From: Utricularia gibba
Taxonomy: Eukaryota > Plantae > Magnoliophyta
Reading direction: 5' to 3'
NCBI GenBank assembly: GCA_002189035.1
Contig: NEEC01000199.1
Coordinates: 1,397-65,396, forward strand
DNA length: 64,000 nt
Shown: positions 61,101 through 64,000 of the stretch, in pieces
Numbering within the stretch: position 1 is the stretch's first letter
How the letters are laid out: every line of letters begins with the position of its first letter
Position numbers and translations under genes: made by a program
Notes under the pieces: model-generated
What the model was told of the DNA's origin: nothing
The model's input: only the letters and a program-made list of their open reading frames with translations
Databases searched by the model: none

Positions 61101-64000
61101 CAGCCTCATGGTGGCCTCGCACACCGTTCGGCATTCGGCGATATCTGAAAAAATGAGTCACGCTGCGCCGGCATACCGTTTCGAACCCCTTTCCGTGCCG
61201 GTCAGCTTCCGTGTTGAAAGCATCTTCGTCCGAGGATGCATCAGAGCTCGAATTATCGCCTTATATTAGCCTTCAGATGTGCCACAAATTGGCCACCACG
61301 TTCGCGACGATGAGTTTCGGAACACGAGAATCGACGCGATTGTGATTTTCGGCTTGCAAAAGATCTGCGTTTTATTGGATGACGTGAAGTATGGGTTTTC
61401 GAGGCGATCTCTGAACAAGCTCTGGGTGTGTCCTACCGCAGCCTCATGGTGGCCTCGCACACCGTTCGGTATTCGGCGATATCTGAAAACCGTGATGAGT
61501 CACGCTGCGCCGGCATACCGTTTCGAACCCTTTCCGTGCCGGTCAGCTTCCGTGTTGAAAGCATCTTCGTCCGAGGATGCATCAGAGCTCGAATTATCGC
61601 CTTATATTAGCCTTCAGATGTGCCACAAATTGGCCACCACGTTCGCGACGATGAGTTTCGGAACACGAGAATCGACGCGATTGTGATTTTCGCTTGCAAA
61701 AGATCTGCGTTTTATTGGATGACGTGAAGTATGGGTTTTCGATGCGATCTCTGAACAAGCTCTGGTGTGTCCCTACCCGCAGCCTCATGGTGGCCTCGCA
61801 CACCGTTCGGTATTCGGCGATATCTGAAAACCGTGATGAGTCACGCTGCGCCGGCATACCGTTTCGAACCCCTTTCCGTGCCGGTCAGCTTCCGTGTTGA
61901 AAGCATCTTCGTCCGAGGATGCATCAGAGCTCGAATTATCGCCTTATATAGCCTTCAGATGTGCCACAAATTGGCCACCACGTTCGCGACGATGCGACTC
62001 GGAACACGAGAATCGACGCGATTGTGATTTTCGCCTTGCAAAACATCTGCGTTTTATTGGATGACGTGAAGTATGGGTTTTCGAGGCGATCTCTGAACAA
62101 GCTCTGGGTGTTCCTACCCGCAGCCTCATGGTGGCCTCGCACACCGTTCGGTATTTCGGCGATATCCTGAAAACCGTGATGAGTCACGCTGCGCCGGCAT
62201 ACCGTTTCGAACCCCTTTCCGTGCCGGTCAGCTTCCGTGTTGAAAGCATCTTCGTCCGAGGATGCATCAGAGCTCGAATTATCGCCTTATATTAGCCTTC
62301 AGATGTGCCACAAATTGGCCACCACGTTCGCGACGATGCGACTCGGAACACGAGAATCGACGCGATTGTGATTTTCGCCTTGCAAAACATCTGCGTTTTA
62401 TTGGGTGACGTGAAGTATGGGTTTTCGAGGCGATCTCTGAACAAGCTCTGGTGTGTTCCTACCCGCAGCCTCATGGTGGCCTCGCACACCGTTCGGCATT
62501 CGTCGATATCTTGAAGATCAAGATGAGTCACGCTGCGCCCGGCATACCGTTTCGAACCCTTCCGTGCCGGTCAGCTTCCGTGTTGAAAGCATCTTCGTCC
62601 GAGGATGCATCAGAGCTCGAATTATCGCCTTATATTAGCCTTCAGATGTGCCACAAATTGGCCACCACGTTCGCGACGATGCGACTCGGAACACGAGAAT
62701 CGACGCGATTGTGATTTTCGCCTTGCAAAACATCTGCGTTTTATTGGTGACGTGAAGTATGGGTTTTCGAGGCGATCTCTGAACAAGCTCTGGTGTGTCC
62801 CTACCCGCAGCCTCATGGTGGCCTCGCACACCGTTCGGTATTTCGGCGATATCTGAAAACCGTGATGAGTCACGCTGCGCCGGCATACCGTTTCGAACCC
62901 CTTTCCGTGCCGGTCAGCTTCCGTGTTGAAAGCATCTTCGTCCGAGGATGCATCAGAGCTCGAATTATCGCCTTATATTAGCCTTCAGATGTGCCACAAA
63001 TTGGCCACCACGTTCGCGACGATGAGTTTCGGAACACGAGAATCGACGCGATTGTGATTTTCGGCTTGCAAAAGATCTGCGTTTTATTGGATGACGTGAA
63101 GTATGGGTTTTCGATGCGATCTCTGAACAAGCTCTGGGTGTGTCCCTACCCGCAGCCTCATGGTGGCCTCGCACACCGTTCGGTATTTCGGCGATATCCT
63201 GAAAACCGTGATGAGTCACGCTGCGCTCGGCATACCGTTTCGAACCCCTTTCCGTGCCGGTCAGCTTCCGTGTTGAAAGCATCTTCGTCCGAGGATGCAT
63301 CAGAGCTCGAATTATCGCCTTATAGTAGCCTTCAGATGTGCCACAAATTGGCCACCACGTTCGCGACGATGCGACTCGGAACACGAGAATCGACGCGATT
63401 GTGATTTTCGCCTTGCAAAACATCTGCGTTTTATTGGGTGACGTGAAGTATGGGTTTTCGAGGCGATCTCTGAACAAGCTCTAGGTGTGTTCCTACCCGC
63501 AGCCTCATGGTGGCCTCGCACACCGTTCGGCATCTCGTCGATATCTTGAAGATCAAGATGAGTCACGCTGCGCCCGGCAGTTCGAAGCCCTTCCGGCCGG
63601 TCAGCTTCCGTGTTGAAAGCATCTTCGTCCGAGGATGCATCAGCTCGAATTATCGCCTTATATTAGCCTTCAGATGTGCCACAAATTGGCCACCACGTTC
63701 GCGACGATGCGACTCGGAACACGAGAATCGACGCGATTGTGATTTTCGGCTTGCAAAAATCTGCGTTTTATTGGTGACGTGAAGTATGGGTTTTCGAGGC
63801 GATCTCTGAACAAGCTCTGGGTGTGTCCCTACCCGCAGCCTCATGGTGGCCTCGCACACCGTTCGGCATCGTCGATATCTTGAAGATCAAGATGAGTCAC
63901 GCTGCGCCCATACCGTTTCGAACCCTTTCCGTGCCGGTCAGCTTCCGTGTTGAAAGCATCTTCGTCCGAGGATGCATCAGAGCTCGAATTATCGCCTTAT

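Larger units (their letters stand above)
1..64000. repeat. Tandem satellite DNA array, ~347-bp monomer, ~187 head-to-tail copies, single orientation
   Basis: Landmark GAGGATGCATCAGAGC recurs at 11, 358, 700, 1040, 1386 ... 30186, 30533 ... 63631, 63968 (about 188 occurrences by hand count, mean spacing ~342 bp; clean units such as 3089-3435 and 30186-30532 are 347 bp). No inversion, insertion of foreign sequence or unique segment seen. Confidence 0.99.
36711..64000. repeat. Array domain 3: AAAGCATC/TATATTAGCC monomers in two classes (A and B) with local dimer/trimer periodicity
   Basis: A: GGCATCTCGTCGATATCTTGAAGATCAAG, often TCGCCTTGC and CTCTAGG. B: GGTATTTCGGCGATATCCTGAAAACCGTG, often GAGTTTCGG/GCGTTTCGG, AAAAGATC, GGATGACGTG, TCGATGCG. 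Confidence 0.78.

Noticed and set aside
15-63859. Hundreds of 60-257 aa ORFs on both strands (e.g. 13102-13875 minus, 32985-33662 plus)
   Set aside because: They are the same few peptides repeated every monomer. 347 is not a multiple of 3, frames break at stops and indels in each unit, and no recognisable protein domain is present. These are not coding sequences.
1-64000. CRISPR array or other repeat-spacer system
   Set aside because: There are no unique spacers. The variable positions are a few shared alleles in otherwise >90% similar 347-bp units, and no cas genes are present.
1-64000. Assignment to a named satellite family or organism (e.g. 340-360-bp grass or insect satellites)
   Set aside because: Only the length is similar, and I do not recognise the sequence. 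A BLAST, Dfam, Repbase or PlantSat search with the consensus is required.

Overview
The whole 64-kb window is one uninterrupted, head-to-tail, single-orientation tandem satellite array. I support no genes, RNA genes, transposons, CRISPR arrays or unique sequence. The consensus monomer is 347 bp (~53% GC, ~33 CpG). By hand count the landmark GAGGATGCATCAGAGC occurs about 188 times (first at 11, last at 63968), giving ~187 monomers with a mean spacing of ~342 bp. All ORFs in the supplied track are repeated translations of the monomer. The interest lies in array architecture at several scales: (i) the monomer looks like a very old dimer of ~173/174-bp subunits; (ii) 1-26.5 kb is a variable-length higher-order repeat (HOR) built from five monomer types (called E, F, G, H, D here) with chimeric monomers; (iii) a 100-bp deletion at 26520/26521 marks an abrupt switch to a different monomer population; (iv) an AAAGCTTC>AAAGCATC variant rises from once per ~4 monomers to near fixation between 27 and 47 kb; (v) the right part shows local dimer and trimer periodicity plus a short island of left-domain-type sequence starting at a microhomology deletion. 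Frequent 1-bp homopolymer deletions and garbled patches suggest a raw or unpolished long read, so single-copy variants are unreliable. The array is most likely eukaryotic heterochromatic satellite (centromeric, pericentromeric or subtelomeric). I cannot assign the family or organism from memory.
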